DNA from: Anaerolinea sp.
GTDB lineage: Bacteria; Chloroflexota; Anaerolineae; Anaerolineales; Villigracilaceae
Assembly (NCBI GenBank): GCA_020723805.1
Contig: DYID01000006.1
Coordinates: 74,694-138,693, forward strand
Direction of reading: 5' to 3'
Length of the DNA: 64,000 nt
The notes under the pieces were generated by a model. That model was not told where the DNA came from and did no database searches. It saw nothing but the letters and a program-made list of their open reading frames with translations. Both the position numbers and the translations under genes were made by a program. This document shows, piece by piece, positions 28,838 through 39,204 of this stretch. Positions within the stretch are counted from its first letter, which is position 1, and each line of letters begins with the position of its first letter.

Positions 28838-29338
28838 ATGCGGAATCTGATTGCGTTTCCCGTGATTGTTTTGGCTGTGATTCTACAGTCGGCGGTGGTC
28901 AGCCGCCTGACCCTGCTTTCGGGCTTTGGCGACCTGCCAATGGTCATGCTGGCGGCGTGGGCGCTGCAGGATAACGTCGACTCTGCCTGGCACTGGGCGG
29001 TTGCTACCGGTATTCTTGTGGGGTTTGTCTCCGGCATTCCATGGGCGGTGTATGCGCTTGGATACGTGCTGGTCGTGGCAATGGCAAAAGTCTTACGGAT
29101 GCGCGTGTGGCAGGCGCCTTTGCTTGCCATGTTCAGTGTGACGTTTTTGGGGACGGTGTTGGTGAGCGTGTTGTCTCTGGCTGTTTTGCGCGTGTTCGGG
29201 GTGGCGATACCGCTTCAGGATGCGTTTGGCTTGTTGATTTTGCCGGGCGTGCTTTTGAATTTATTACTGGCAATCCCAGTGTACGCCGTGATGCGTGACC
29301 TGGCGCACTGGGCTTATCCATCTCTGGAGGTAGAATGA
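28838..29338 (+). CDS. mreD: Rod shape-determining protein MreD
   Basis: Hydrophobic multi-TM protein between mreC and mrdA. Confidence 0.8.
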   Translation: MRNLIAFPVIVLAVILQSAVVSRLTLLSGFGDLPMVMLAAWALQDNVDSAWHWAVATGILVGFVSGIPWAVYALGYVLVVAMAKVLRMRVWQAPLLAMFSVTFLGTVLVSVLSLAVLRVFGVAIPLQDAFGLLILPGVLLNLLLAIPVYAVMRDLAHWAYPSLEVE

Positions 29339-31620
29339 GTTCGGGTACGACGAACCGTTATCAGGTCCCGCGCTGGCGCGTGTGGACGGTTTACAGCCTG
29401 ATGTTCGCTTTTATCGGTATCATCATCTTCCGGCTGATTAGTTTGCAAATTATTACGGCGGAAAGTTGGCAGGCTCAGGCGGTGGAGAACTTCACCCTGA
29501 CCATCAGCGATCCCGCCCTGCGCGGCATCATTTATGACCGCAACGGGTATGTGCTGGCTCGCAATATTGCTTCCTATAATGTGGTCATCACCCCCGCCGA
29601 CCTGCCCGATGATGACGCCGATGTTCAGCGCATCTACCGTGAACTTTCTGCTCTCACCGGTGTGCCGGCGGGGGGACCGGTTACCGAAGAGACCTTGAAC
29701 TTTGCCAAGTTATTCTCCGCCTGTGTGCCGGGACCGAGCATTGCGGACATGGTGGCGTTGGGCGCTTCGCTGGCGCCTTATACTCCCGTAAAAATTGCCT
29801 GCAACATCGGTGAGGAACTTGCCCGCGTCATCGGCGAGCGGTCTGTCAATTGGCCTGGTGTGGACATCGAAATCGAACCGGTGCGCGATTACCCAACCGG
29901 CTCGCTGACGGCGAATGTGGTGGGGTTCCTCGGTCCCATCCCGGCGGCGCTGCAGGATGTTTATGAGGAACGCGGCTTTGTGGTCAACCGCGACAAGATT
30001 GGGTATGCCGGCGTGGAAGCCTCGCTGGATGACATCCTGATTGGGAAGAACGGTTTGCGGGTGGTACAGAGGGACGTGGCTGGCGCGATTTTACGCAACC
30101 TCGAACCGCCTATTCCGCCCACGCCCGGCAACAACGTGGTGCTGACCATTGACACCCGCTTGCAAAAAGCCGCCGAGGCGGCTTTGCTGGATGAAATTGA
30201 TTATTGGAACAATCGCTACTTTGGCTACATCCGTATTTCGAGCGGGGTGGTGATTGCCATGAATCCGAAGACCGGCGAAATCCTCGCCATGGTTACTTAT
30301 CCTACCTACGAGAATAACCGCCTGGCGCGTTTTATTCCCGGCTATTACTACGACCAATTGAGTCAGGACCCGCGCCGCCCGCTGGTGAACAACGCCATCT
30401 CCGCCGAACTGGCGCCCGGTTCGGTTTACAAATTGACCACCGCCACCGGCGCTTTCAACGAGGGCGTCATCAAACCGGGACAGATTGTGCAGACACCCGG
30501 CAAATTGACGTTGTGCGAGCGTTTCTCGCCAAATGACCCTTGCATCGAGGGCGTCAATGTGCGCCCGTTCGTGGACTGGATTTACGAGCGCAACGGCGTC
30601 ATCAATGAAGCCGGGTTTGGCGCGCTGGATTTTTACCGCTGTATCGCCTATTCCAGCAACGTTTGTTTCTACAAGTTGGGCGGCGGGTTTGAAGATGAGA
30701 TTCCCGAAGGGTTGGGCATTTTCCGCCTGGGTGAATATGCCCGCGCATTGGGGTATGGCGAACGTTCGGGCATCGAGTTGCCGGGCGAAGAAAACGGGCT
30801 TGTTCCCTCGCCGCAGTGGAAGCGCATCAACACCGGCGAGAACTGGTCCACCGGCGACACCTACATTGCCAGCGTGGGGCAGGGATATGTGTTGGCGACG
30901 CCTCTGCAGGTTCTCATGTCTGGCGCGACGATTGCCAATCGCGGCAAACTCATGCAGCCCACCATTGTCCGCGAAGTGCAGGATAGCGAGGGGCGCGTCA
31001 TCCCCGTATGGTTCGACCCGAAGACGTTTTCGGTGTATGAAGTGCGTCAGGTGGTGGACCGCACGGGCGCGACGCGGGAGATGTGGGTGAACCCGGTCAA
31101 CCCCGCCGAAATGTATCCTGCGCCGCCGGAAGGCAGTTACCAAATCTCGCCGTTTGTCCCCAACATGAAATGGGACATTACCCAAACGCCCATCATCCGC
31201 GAATGGAGCTGCGAAGCCGGCTACTGTGACCCGACCGGTGAAATGAAAACCGTCGCTCCCGAAACCGTCGAGGCGGTACGCACCGGCACGCGCATGGCAG
31301 TGACGGAAAACCCGCTCGGCACGCTGTATCGCGTGTTCAATATTGATTATCCCCTCGATGTGGCTGTGGCAGGCAAGACCGGCACCGCCGAATACTGCGA
31401 CGACGTGGCGCGCGCGGCGAACAAATGTCAATTCGGCGCCTGGCCCACCCATGCCTGGACGCTCGCCTACGCACCCTACGATGACCCGGAAATCGCCGTA
31501 GTCGCTTTTGCCTACAACGGCGGCGAAGGCGGCACGGTCGCTGCGCCAATTGTGGCGCGTGTTCTGCAGGCGTACTTCGAGCTGAAGTCTATTGACATCG
31601 CCCAGGGCGCCGGTCAGTGA
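29335..31620 (+). CDS. mrdA: Penicillin-binding protein 2 (class B)
   Basis: RGIIYDRNG, SxxK (GSVYK), SxN (SSN), KTG (GKTGTAE). Confidence 0.92.
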   Translation: MSSGTTNRYQVPRWRVWTVYSLMFAFIGIIIFRLISLQIITAESWQAQAVENFTLTISDPALRGIIYDRNGYVLARNIASYNVVITPADLPDDDADVQRIYRELSALTGVPAGGPVTEETLNFAKLFSACVPGPSIADMVALGASLAPYTPVKIACNIGEELARVIGERSVNWPGVDIEIEPVRDYPTGSLTANVVGFLGPIPAALQDVYEERGFVVNRDKIGYAGVEASLDDILIGKNGLRVVQRDVAGAILRNLEPPIPPTPGNNVVLTIDTRLQKAAEAALLDEIDYWNNRYFGYIRISSGVVIAMNPKTGEILAMVTYPTYENNRLARFIPGYYYDQLSQDPRRPLVNNAISAELAPGSVYKLTTATGAFNEGVIKPGQIVQTPGKLTLCERFSPNDPCIEGVNVRPFVDWIYERNGVINEAGFGALDFYRCIAYSSNVCFYKLGGGFEDEIPEGLGIFRLGEYARALGYGERSGIELPGEENGLVPSPQWKRINTGENWSTGDTYIASVGQGYVLATPLQVLMSGATIANRGKLMQPTIVREVQDSEGRVIPVWFDPKTFSVYEVRQVVDRTGATREMWVNPVNPAEMYPAPPEGSYQISPFVPNMKWDITQTPIIREWSCEAGYCDPTGEMKTVAPETVEAVRTGTRMAVTENPLGTLYRVFNIDYPLDVAVAGKTGTAEYCDDVARAANKCQFGAWPTHAWTLAYAPYDDPEIAVVAFAYNGGEGGTVAAPIVARVLQAYFELKSIDIAQGAGQ

Positions 31621-31663
31621 TGACCGCAGGCTTCATGCTATAATCCTGCCAACATCTGCCGCT

Positions 31664-32347
31664 ATGAATGAGACGAATTCCCTGATTCAAATCAAAGGTC
31701 TGCGCGATGGACTGCTCGTCTCATTGAGCGATGCGCCCTGGGACGAGCAGCTTTCTGCGCTTCTCTCCCGCGTGGACGCGCAGCCTTCCTTTTTTCAGGG
31801 CGCCCGGCTCGCTTTGGATGTCGCCAGTCAGGTACTGAAAGTGGATGACCTTGTGGCGCTGCGCGACCATCTCTCCGAACGCGGCATCTTCCTGTGGGCG
31901 GTGATCAGCGAGTCGCCAACCACCCAGCAAACCGCCCAATTGCTCGGGCTTGCCACCCGCATTTCAAAACCCAGACCCGAAGAGACCCGTCAGTTTGCTG
32001 TGGAAGATTTGGGCGAGGAAACGGCTCTTTTTCTGGACCGTACCCTGAGGTCCGGAATGCGAATCGAGTTTCCCGGTCATGTCGTCATTCTGGGAGATGT
32101 CAATCCGGGCGCCGAAATCGTGGCGGAGGGCAATGTCATTGTTTGGGGACGTTTACGCGGCATGGTACACGCCGGCGCAAAGGGCAACCGTCAGGCGGTC
32201 GTCTGCGCGCTCGAATTTTCTCCCATGCAGTTGCGTATCGCCGACGAAGCCTCCGCCGCCATGAGTCCGCAAACGCAGTCGAAACCGCAAATTGCCCGCA
32301 TTAACCAATTTGGCAACCTGCAGGCTGAAAACTGGTCACCCGCCTAG
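31664..32347 (+). CDS. minC: Septum site-determining protein MinC
   Basis: IKGLRDG, LRSG, GDVNPGAEI, WGRLRG..HAG; a TGCTATAAT element lies upstream. Confidence 0.9.
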   Translation: MNETNSLIQIKGLRDGLLVSLSDAPWDEQLSALLSRVDAQPSFFQGARLALDVASQVLKVDDLVALRDHLSERGIFLWAVISESPTTQQTAQLLGLATRISKPRPEETRQFAVEDLGEETALFLDRTLRSGMRIEFPGHVVILGDVNPGAEIVAEGNVIVWGRLRGMVHAGAKGNRQAVVCALEFSPMQLRIADEASAAMSPQTQSKPQIARINQFGNLQAENWSPA

Positions 32348-32379
32348 TTGACGCCCACTCTGATTTTAGGACGAACACA

Positions 32380-33177
32380 ATGACCGCACAAGTTATCACA
32401 GTCACCTCCGGCAAAGGCGGCGTGGGGAAGACCACCGCCGTTGCAAATCTGGCAGTTGCCCTCGCTTCCAACGGGTCGCGCGTGGTTTGCATAGACGGCG
32501 ACATCGGTCTGCGCAACCTCGATGTCATTCTGGGACTGGAGAATCGCATCGTTTACGACATTGTGGATGTCATCGAGGGGCGCTGCCGCCTAAAGCAGGC
32601 GATGATCAAGGACAAGCGTTTGCCCAACCTTCATCTCATCCCTGCGGCGCAGACGCGCGACAAAAATGCGGTCTCTGCCAGCGACATGACCCGCCTCACC
32701 AAAGACCTGCGCGCCGAGTGCGACTTTATATTGATTGACTCTCCGGCGGGCATCGAGCGCGGCTTCAAAAACGCCATCGCCCCGGCGGACCGCGTTCTGG
32801 TGGTGACCAATCCCGAGGTCAGCGCCGTGCGCGATGCGGACCGCGTCATCGGCATTTTGGAGGCGGAGGATAAAGGTCCCGGCGCGCTCATCATCAATCG
32901 TCTTAATCCGAGCCTTGTGCGGCGGCAGGAAATGCTCTCGGCAGATGACGTTCTCGACCTGCTTGCCATCGAATTGATTGGCATCGTCCCCGAAGATGAA
33001 GGCGTGCTGATTGGTTCCAATCGCGGCGCGCCGGTGGCGCTCGACCCGAAAAGCAAAGCAGGCGAGGCGTTTCGTAACATCGCCCGCCGCCTGAAGGGTG
33101 AGGAAGTCCCCTTCCTCGATCTGGAAAGCGGCAGCAGCCTCTGGGAGCGCATTCAAAAACTGGCGGGGAGGAGGTAG
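32380..33177 (+). CDS. minD: Septum site-determining ATPase MinD
   Basis: SGKGGVGKTT, DIGLRNLD, DSPAGIERG. Confidence 0.95.
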   Translation: MTAQVITVTSGKGGVGKTTAVANLAVALASNGSRVVCIDGDIGLRNLDVILGLENRIVYDIVDVIEGRCRLKQAMIKDKRLPNLHLIPAAQTRDKNAVSASDMTRLTKDLRAECDFILIDSPAGIERGFKNAIAPADRVLVVTNPEVSAVRDADRVIGILEAEDKGPGALIINRLNPSLVRRQEMLSADDVLDLLAIELIGIVPEDEGVLIGSNRGAPVALDPKSKAGEAFRNIARRLKGEEVPFLDLESGSSLWERIQKLAGRR

Positions 33178-33179
33178 TG

Positions 33180-33467
33180 ATGTCGTTTTTGGACAAACTC
33201 TTCGGCAAAAAGAACAGCGCCGACAGCGCCAAGGAACGCCTTCAACTTGTCCTCATCCATGACCGCACGGATCTGACTCCTGCCGAGCTTGAATCGCTTC
33301 GAGACGATTTGATCGCCACCGTCAGTCGCCACGTCGAAATTGACGTAACCGCCATGCAGTTTGGCATGGAGCATGACGGACGCACCCAGCGCCTGGTCGC
33401 CGACATTCCCATCAAAAGCGCCGCCCGCCGCCGCGCTTCCTCCTCGAGGAAACCCAAAGCCAGATAA
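33180..33467 (+). CDS. minE: Cell division topological specificity factor MinE
   Basis: SADSAKERLQLVLIHDR. Confidence 0.92.
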   Translation: MSFLDKLFGKKNSADSAKERLQLVLIHDRTDLTPAELESLRDDLIATVSRHVEIDVTAMQFGMEHDGRTQRLVADIPIKSAARRRASSSRKPKAR

Positions 33468-33475
33468 GCCGTTTT

Positions 33476-34603
33476 ATGCTTCGTAACATCTCGTGGCGTT
33501 ATTTCGACTTCTGGCTGTTGGGCGCAGTGGTGCTTGCCACTGCCTTCGGTACAACCATGATTCGTTCGGCAATTGCGGGGAATGAAGAACTCCTGCCGCT
33601 CATCAACCGTCAGATTTACTTTGCGCTCGCAGGGCTCGTCCTGATTTTCGTCGTTGCCGCCATTGACTATCGCTTTTGGATGGCAATCTACCGTCCCATC
33701 TTTATTGTGATGAGTCTGCTGTTGTTCTTCCTGTTCCTGAGCGCGCAGGCGGTCTTCGGCGCGGCGCGCTGGTTTCAGGTGGGGGTGCTGTTCGTTCAGC
33801 CGACGGAGTTTGCCAAGATTGCGGCAATTCTCCTGCTCGCCCGTTACTTCGAGAAGACCCAGCATCAACCCCGCGACCTGCGCTGGATAGCAGGTGCATT
33901 CTTATGGGTGATGGGACTTGCCATCTGGATTCTGCTCCAGCCCAACCTGAGCAATGTGGTGGTGCTGATGGTCATCCTGGCGTCCCTGCTCTGGTTCAAT
34001 GGGATGGAAATCAAGCATATTATCCTGTTAGGGGGGATTGGCATTCTGCTGGTTGCCGCTGTTGTTCTCCTTTCGGTGGCAGGCGTGGATATTCCCTTTC
34101 TTCAGGATTACCAGCAGCAACGTATCGTCAATTTTGTTATCCCCGACCCGAATGCAACCTTCGGCGAAACCTACAACATTGACCAGGCGAAAATCGCCAT
34201 CGGCTCCGGCGGACTTTTTGGCAAAGGCTACGGTCATGGCACGCAGACCCAACTGCGCTTCTTGAAAGTGCGCCACACCGACTTCATCTTTTCTGCCATT
34301 GCAGAGGAATTCGGATTGGTGGGTGCATTGCTGGTCATTCTTGTCATTGTTCTCATCATCTGGCGATGCTTGCGCGCCGCTCAGAAAGCGCGCGATGTGG
34401 CCGGCATGACCATCGCCTATGGTGTGGCGACCCTGATTTTCTTCCAAGGCATGGTCAACGTTGGCGTTAACCTGAATATTGTGCCGGTCTCCGGCTTGCC
34501 GCTGCCGTTCATCAGTTACGGCGGCAGCGGGCTCACATCGCTCATGCTGGGCATCGGTCTTGTGGAAAGCGTGGCGATGCGTTATAAGGAACTCGATTTC
34601 TAA
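33476..34603 (+). CDS. rodA: SEDS family peptidoglycan polymerase RodA
   Basis: QPTEFAK, AIGSGGLFGKG, HTDFIF, LPLPFISYGGS. Confidence 0.9.
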   Translation: MLRNISWRYFDFWLLGAVVLATAFGTTMIRSAIAGNEELLPLINRQIYFALAGLVLIFVVAAIDYRFWMAIYRPIFIVMSLLLFFLFLSAQAVFGAARWFQVGVLFVQPTEFAKIAAILLLARYFEKTQHQPRDLRWIAGAFLWVMGLAIWILLQPNLSNVVVLMVILASLLWFNGMEIKHIILLGGIGILLVAAVVLLSVAGVDIPFLQDYQQQRIVNFVIPDPNATFGETYNIDQAKIAIGSGGLFGKGYGHGTQTQLRFLKVRHTDFIFSAIAEEFGLVGALLVILVIVLIIWRCLRAAQKARDVAGMTIAYGVATLIFFQGMVNVGVNLNIVPVSGLPLPFISYGGSGLTSLMLGIGLVESVAMRYKELDF

Positions 34604-34622
34604 CGTTGGAGGAACTTTACTC

Positions 34623-36101
34623 TTGAAACCTGCACGCACCCGCATGGCTCCCTCGCCGACGGGGCGCTTCCATCTGGGAGGCGCCCGCACTGCTCTCTTC
34701 GATTACCTGCTTGCCCGCAAAACAGGCGGGCAATTCATTCTGCGTCTCGAAGACACCGACCAAAAACGCTTCGTCCCCGGCGCGGAGGAGGAAATCATCC
34801 GCAGTCTCGACTGGCTGGGGCTCACGCCAGATGAATCCCCCGTTCACGGCGGTCCCTATGGACCCTACCGTCAGACCGAGCGGCGCGAAATCTATCAGTA
34901 TTACGCCAACCTGCTGGTGGAAAAAGGTCACGCCTATCCGTGCTTCTGCACCCCCGAAAGGCTGGAAAAAAGCCGCCAGGAACAGCAGGCTCGCAAGGTG
35001 GAGCGCGTGAAGTACGACGGTCTGTGCCGCGGGATAGACCCCGATGAAGCCGCCCGCCGCGTCCGCGCCGGCGAAAAGCACGTCATCCGTTTCAAGATGC
35101 CGCAGGAGGGCGTGACAATTGCCCACGACCACCTGCGCGGCGACATCGTCACCGAAAACCAATACCTCGATGATTATGTTCTGCTGAAGTCGGACGGCTT
35201 GCCTACCTACCATCTCGCCGCCATGGTGGACGATCATGAAATGAAAATCACCCACGTCCTGCGCGGCTCGGAGTGGCTTCCAACTTTCCCTTTGCATGTG
35301 AACATCGTCCGCGCTTTTGGGTGGGAGGAGCCGGTTTGGGTTCATCTTTCTGTGTTTCTCAAGCCAAGCGGCAAAGGCAAGATGAGCAAACGCGAATCGG
35401 CGCAGGCAATCAAAGACGGCTACTCCATCTTTGTGGATGACATGAAAGACCTGGGCTACATCCCCGAAGGCGTCTTGAACTGGATTGCATTGATGGGCTG
35501 GGGCGTGCCTGAAGACGACGTGATGACCCTCGACCAGATGATCGAACGTTTCAGCATTGACAGCCTGACGCCCTCGCCCGCCGCGATCAACTTCCAGAAA
35601 CTGGATCACTTCAACGGGACTCACATCCGCCTCCTGACGACCGAGGACCTGTCCGCCAGGATCAAGCCTTATTTTGCCGCCGCAGGCTTGGAGGTCCAGG
35701 ATGAAACGCTGCTCAAGGTCACTCCGCTTATCCGCGAGCGGCTGGTCACGCTGGATGACTGTCTCGCGTTTGCGGCATTCTTCTTCAAGGAGGATGTCGA
35801 GCCGAACCCGGAGGAGTTGATTGCCAAAGGGCTGGATGCGAAGCAGTCGGCGGAGGTGGCGCGGAGGGTGTATCAAATTTTGGAAGCGCAGCCAGACCTC
35901 AGTCACGAACGATGCGAGCCGCCTCTGCGGGCGTATGTGGAGGAGAGCGGCTTGAGCGTTAATCAGGTATTTGGCATCCTGCGCGTGGCGGCGACGGGGC
36001 AAAAGGTCAGCCCGCCGCTATTCGAGTCGCTGGAAATCATCGGGCGCGAAAAAGTCCTCAGGCGTTTGAGGCGCGCCATCGAGATGCTGGAACGCATGTA
36101 A
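34623..36101 (+). CDS. gltX: Glutamate--tRNA ligase
   Basis: RMAPSPTG, HIGH-like HLGG, EDTD, KMSKR; TTG start downstream of GGAGG. Confidence 0.92.
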   Translation: MKPARTRMAPSPTGRFHLGGARTALFDYLLARKTGGQFILRLEDTDQKRFVPGAEEEIIRSLDWLGLTPDESPVHGGPYGPYRQTERREIYQYYANLLVEKGHAYPCFCTPERLEKSRQEQQARKVERVKYDGLCRGIDPDEAARRVRAGEKHVIRFKMPQEGVTIAHDHLRGDIVTENQYLDDYVLLKSDGLPTYHLAAMVDDHEMKITHVLRGSEWLPTFPLHVNIVRAFGWEEPVWVHLSVFLKPSGKGKMSKRESAQAIKDGYSIFVDDMKDLGYIPEGVLNWIALMGWGVPEDDVMTLDQMIERFSIDSLTPSPAAINFQKLDHFNGTHIRLLTTEDLSARIKPYFAAAGLEVQDETLLKVTPLIRERLVTLDDCLAFAAFFFKEDVEPNPEELIAKGLDAKQSAEVARRVYQILEAQPDLSHERCEPPLRAYVEESGLSVNQVFGILRVAATGQKVSPPLFESLEIIGREKVLRRLRRAIEMLERM

Positions 36102-36105
36102 ACAA

Positions 36106-36135
36106 TCCGCCCGCTCGAAAGCGGGCGGTTCTGTT
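36106..36135. terminator. Terminator-like hairpin between convergent genes
   Basis: CCGCCCGCT-CGAA-AGCGGGCGG. Confidence 0.6.
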
Positions 36136-36551
36136 TAGAGGGTCTTGCGGGTTTTGCGGGGAGTGCGCCGTTGCTTGCGGGGGGCGGGTCTTCGGCGGGG
36201 ATTTGCCCAGCGCTCATATTTGCGCCAGATGCGGCGGGCGATTTCGCCGGTCATGGTGGCGATGCGCTCTTCGTTGCGCTCGGAAATGGTCATGCCTTTG
36301 CGTGTGAGCACCCAGTCAAAGATGAGATGCTGAACTTCGTGGGCGACAAGTTCCTGCGCCATGGGGGAGTGGTTCAGTTCGCTGAGGTAGATGTGCCCAA
36401 ACAGCCCCCGTCGCTGCTTGCGGACATCTGCCGCGATGTAGTAGGCATGGCACTGGTTCTTGCGCTTGAAATGGGTGGGGTTCTTTGCCACGTAGATGTT
36501 GACCCACTGCTTATTGTCGTTGAAGTAAACGCGGAAGGCTGGCTTGGACAT
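36135..36551 (-). CDS. Small hypothetical protein with an HExxH motif and Arg-rich tail
   Basis: GAGGTG RBS, upstream TATAAT, ELVAHEVQH. Confidence 0.65.
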   Translation of the reverse strand: MSKPAFRVYFNDNKQWVNIYVAKNPTHFKRKNQCHAYYIAADVRKQRRGLFGHIYLSELNHSPMAQELVAHEVQHLIFDWVLTRKGMTISERNEERIATMTGEIARRIWRKYERWANPRRRPAPRKQRRTPRKTRKTL

Positions 36552-36750
36552 ACGATTCACCTCTCACATGGCTTGGGGAGTTCGCCACATTATATAGCCA
36601 TTGCGGCGGGGTGAAAAGAACTCTAACCTTTTCGACATGTTTTTTTAAGAAAACAGCACGCGTGTTCTAGTTTTGAGGTATAGACAAAAATTCTGACCGT
36701 CAAACTTTTCGTGTAGCCAACAAGGTGCAAAGCCAGATACCCAAGCATAC

Positions 36751-36828
36751 GGCGGACGCTGAAGGGCGTCCGCCGGTCAATGCGAGAGATTTATCTCGTG
36801 GTTTCGGGCGACATGAATATCGCCCTAC
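36751..36828. repeat. Cluster of REP-like hairpins
   Basis: GGCGGACGC/GCGTCCGCC and (minus strand) GTAGGGCGATATTCATGTCGCCC. Confidence 0.6.
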
Positions 36829-36858
36829 GAAAAATTACGAACAATCCCTTAACTCGCG

Positions 36859-37491
36859 TTATCGGCTTTGAGGTGTTTGATTGGGGGAGATCGAGTAAGC
36901 CGTGATGTTGTGCCCGGAAATGGAAACGGTGATTTCGCGCGCGCGGATGCCTGCTTCAGGGGGAATGCGTTCCATGGCTTCTTTGGTGATGAGGATTTCA
37001 CGCGCCGCCGCCACGTCTTCTCCCAATTTTGAAGCGCGGTTCACCGCGTCGCCGAAGCAGTCTTCGCCTGGGATGACCAGAATTCTGCCGTAATCTATTC
37101 CGCACGAGATGTAAATGTCCATGTCGTCGGAGGTCAGGATGTTCGAGGTTTCGAAGGCGTGCTGCATGACCAAGGAGGCTTTGACCGCCGCCAGCGGATC
37201 GGGGAAAACGGCAAAGCAGTTATCCGCCTCGTATTTGATCATGCTCCCGCCATACGATTTGACGATGGGCTCGGTGGTCACTTGCATGCGCTTGACCATC
37301 GAAAGATAATGGACGATTCCGTATTTACGCGTGAGCATGGAGAAGCCGGACATATCGAGCACAAAGACAGCCATTTCGGCGCCGAACTCCTCCCAAAGGT
37401 CCGACTCGATGCGGCGGCGTTTTTCTGCATCTCCGGCTTGGGAGAAGGCGAGGAGCAGTTCCTGGAATCGCTTTTTGGCTTCGGTGGTCAT
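36859..37491 (-). CDS. Stand-alone class III nucleotidyl (adenylate/guanylate) cyclase domain protein
   Basis: VLDMSGFS (metal Asp), IKYEADN (Lys, second Asp), FGDAVNRASKL (Asn/Arg). Confidence 0.85.
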   Translation of the reverse strand: MTTEAKKRFQELLLAFSQAGDAEKRRRIESDLWEEFGAEMAVFVLDMSGFSMLTRKYGIVHYLSMVKRMQVTTEPIVKSYGGSMIKYEADNCFAVFPDPLAAVKASLVMQHAFETSNILTSDDMDIYISCGIDYGRILVIPGEDCFGDAVNRASKLGEDVAAAREILITKEAMERIPPEAGIRAREITVSISGHNITAYSISPNQTPQSR

Positions 37492-37494
37492 GTC

Positions 37495-39204
37495 CTACTT
37501 GCTTTTCTTTTCGAGTTTTGCCCAACTATCCTTCAGGGTCACGGTGCGGTTGAAGACCGGCTTGCCGGGGCGCGAATCGGGATCGAGACAGAAATAGCCG
37601 GTGCGCTCGAATTGCAGGCTTTCGCCCAGTTTGGCTTCGCCCAGCGCCGGCTCCACAAAGGCATTCTCGATGACCTCCAGCGAGTTAGGGTTGATGATGT
37701 CTTCCAGTTCGGCGTCATCGGGTTTTTCGACGGTGAAGAGTTGGTCATAGAGACGGACTTCCGCTGGGATGGCATGCTGCGCCGAAACCCAGTGAATGGT
37801 GGATTTGACCTTGCGCCCGTCCGGCGCGTCGCCGCCGCGGGTGGCGGGATCGTAGGTACAATGGACTTCGGTCACGTTCCCCGCTTCGTCTTTGACGACA
37901 TGCGTGCATTTGACGATGTAGGCATAGCGCAGGCGGACTTCGTTGCCGGGGTACAGCCGGTAATACTTGGGCGGCGGCACTTCGCGGAAGTCATCCTGCT
38001 CGATGTACAGCACTTTCGAGAACGGCACTTTGCGCGTCCCTGCCGAGGGGTCTTCGGGGTTGTTGATGGCATCCATTTCCTCGATGACGCCTTCGGGGAA
38101 ATTGTCAATGACCAGTTTGAGCGGATGCAGGACTGCCATGCGGCGCAGGGCGCGCTTGTTCAAGTCATCGCGGATGACGGCTTCGAACTGCGCCATCTCC
38201 ACCCACGAGTCGTTTTTCGTCTCGCCCAAGCCCGTGATGAAGTTGATGATGGCTTCCGGCGTCACGCCGCGCCGCCGCAGACCGCGCAAGGTAGTCAGAC
38301 GCGGATCATCCCAGCCGCGCACCACGCCGGTTTCCACCAGTTTGCGCAATTTGCGTTTGCTCATCATGGCGTAAGTCAGATTCAAGCGTGTAAATTCGAT
38401 CTGACGGCTGGGAAATTCCCCAAGTTTTTCCAGGAACCACTCGTACAGCGGGCGGTGGATGATGTATTCGTTGGAGCACAGGGAATGGGTGATGCCCTCC
38501 ATCGAGTCGTTCTGCCCGTGTGACCAGTCGTAGGTGGGGTAGATGTGCCACTTGTCACCCGTGCGGTGATGGGGGATGTGCATGATGCGGTACATGACCG
38601 GGTCGCGCATGAGCAGGTTGGGATGGTTCATGTCAATTTTGGCGCGCAAGACGCGGCTTCCCTCGGGAAACTCGCCGTTCTTCATGCGCTCCAGCAAATC
38701 GAGATTTTCCTCCACCGAGCGGTTGCGCCACGGCGAATCAACGCCCGGGCGGATGTTCGGCTCCGTCTCGCTCCACTTTGTCCCTTTCGGCAGTGTGCCG
38801 CGCGCCGCGCTCATCTCCTCCTGTGATTGGTCGTCCACATACGCCAGCCCCATTTTGACGAGCCGTTTTGCCCACTCATAGAGGCGGTCGAAGTAATCGG
38901 AGGCGTAAGTCTCCTTTACCCACTTAATGCCCAGCCAGGCGGCGTCCTCCTTGATGGCATCCACGAACTCGGTTTCTTCCTTGGACGGATTTGTATCATC
39001 GAAGCGCAGATAGAGTTCACCGCCGAATTCCTGCGCCGTGAAATAATCAATCAAAAACGCTTTGACATGCCCGATATGTAAATAGCCGTTGGGCTCGGGT
39101 GGCAGACGCGTGCGGACGTAAGTAAACCGTCCCGTGCGTAAATCTTCCGCGACTGCCTCACGGATGAAAGATGGGATTCTGCTTTTGGTTTCTTCTGGAC
39201 TCAT
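37495..39204 (-). CDS. glnS: Glutamine--tRNA ligase
   Basis: [49 protein letters not shown]. Confidence 0.93.
   Translation of the reverse strand: MSPEETKSRIPSFIREAVAEDLRTGRFTYVRTRLPPEPNGYLHIGHVKAFLIDYFTAQEFGGELYLRFDDTNPSKEETEFVDAIKEDAAWLGIKWVKETYASDYFDRLYEWAKRLVKMGLAYVDDQSQEEMSAARGTLPKGTKWSETEPNIRPGVDSPWRNRSVEENLDLLERMKNGEFPEGSRVLRAKIDMNHPNLLMRDPVMYRIMHIPHHRTGDKWHIYPTYDWSHGQNDSMEGITHSLCSNEYIIHRPLYEWFLEKLGEFPSRQIEFTRLNLTYAMMSKRKLRKLVETGVVRGWDDPRLTTLRGLRRRGVTPEAIINFITGLGETKNDSWVEMAQFEAVIRDDLNKRALRRMAVLHPLKLVIDNFPEGVIEEMDAINNPEDPSAGTRKVPFSKVLYIEQDDFREVPPPKYYRLYPGNEVRLRYAYIVKCTHVVKDEAGNVTEVHCTYDPATRGGDAPDGRKVKSTIHWVSAQHAIPAEVRLYDQLFTVEKPDDAELEDIINPNSLEVIENAFVEPALGEAKLGESLQFERTGYFCLDPDSRPGKPVFNRTVTLKDSWAKLEKKSK

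Noticed and set aside
32284-32312. CAAATTG...CAATTTG palindrome at the minC 3' end as an inserted REP
   Set aside because: It is only 7 bp of pairing and it encodes an ordinary MinC C-terminal segment.
26904-38523. Long antisense ORFs (e.g. 26904-27926, 30091-31452, 34617-36002, 37159-38523)
   Set aside because: They are shadow frames of well-supported genes in GC-rich DNA and have no recognisable motifs.
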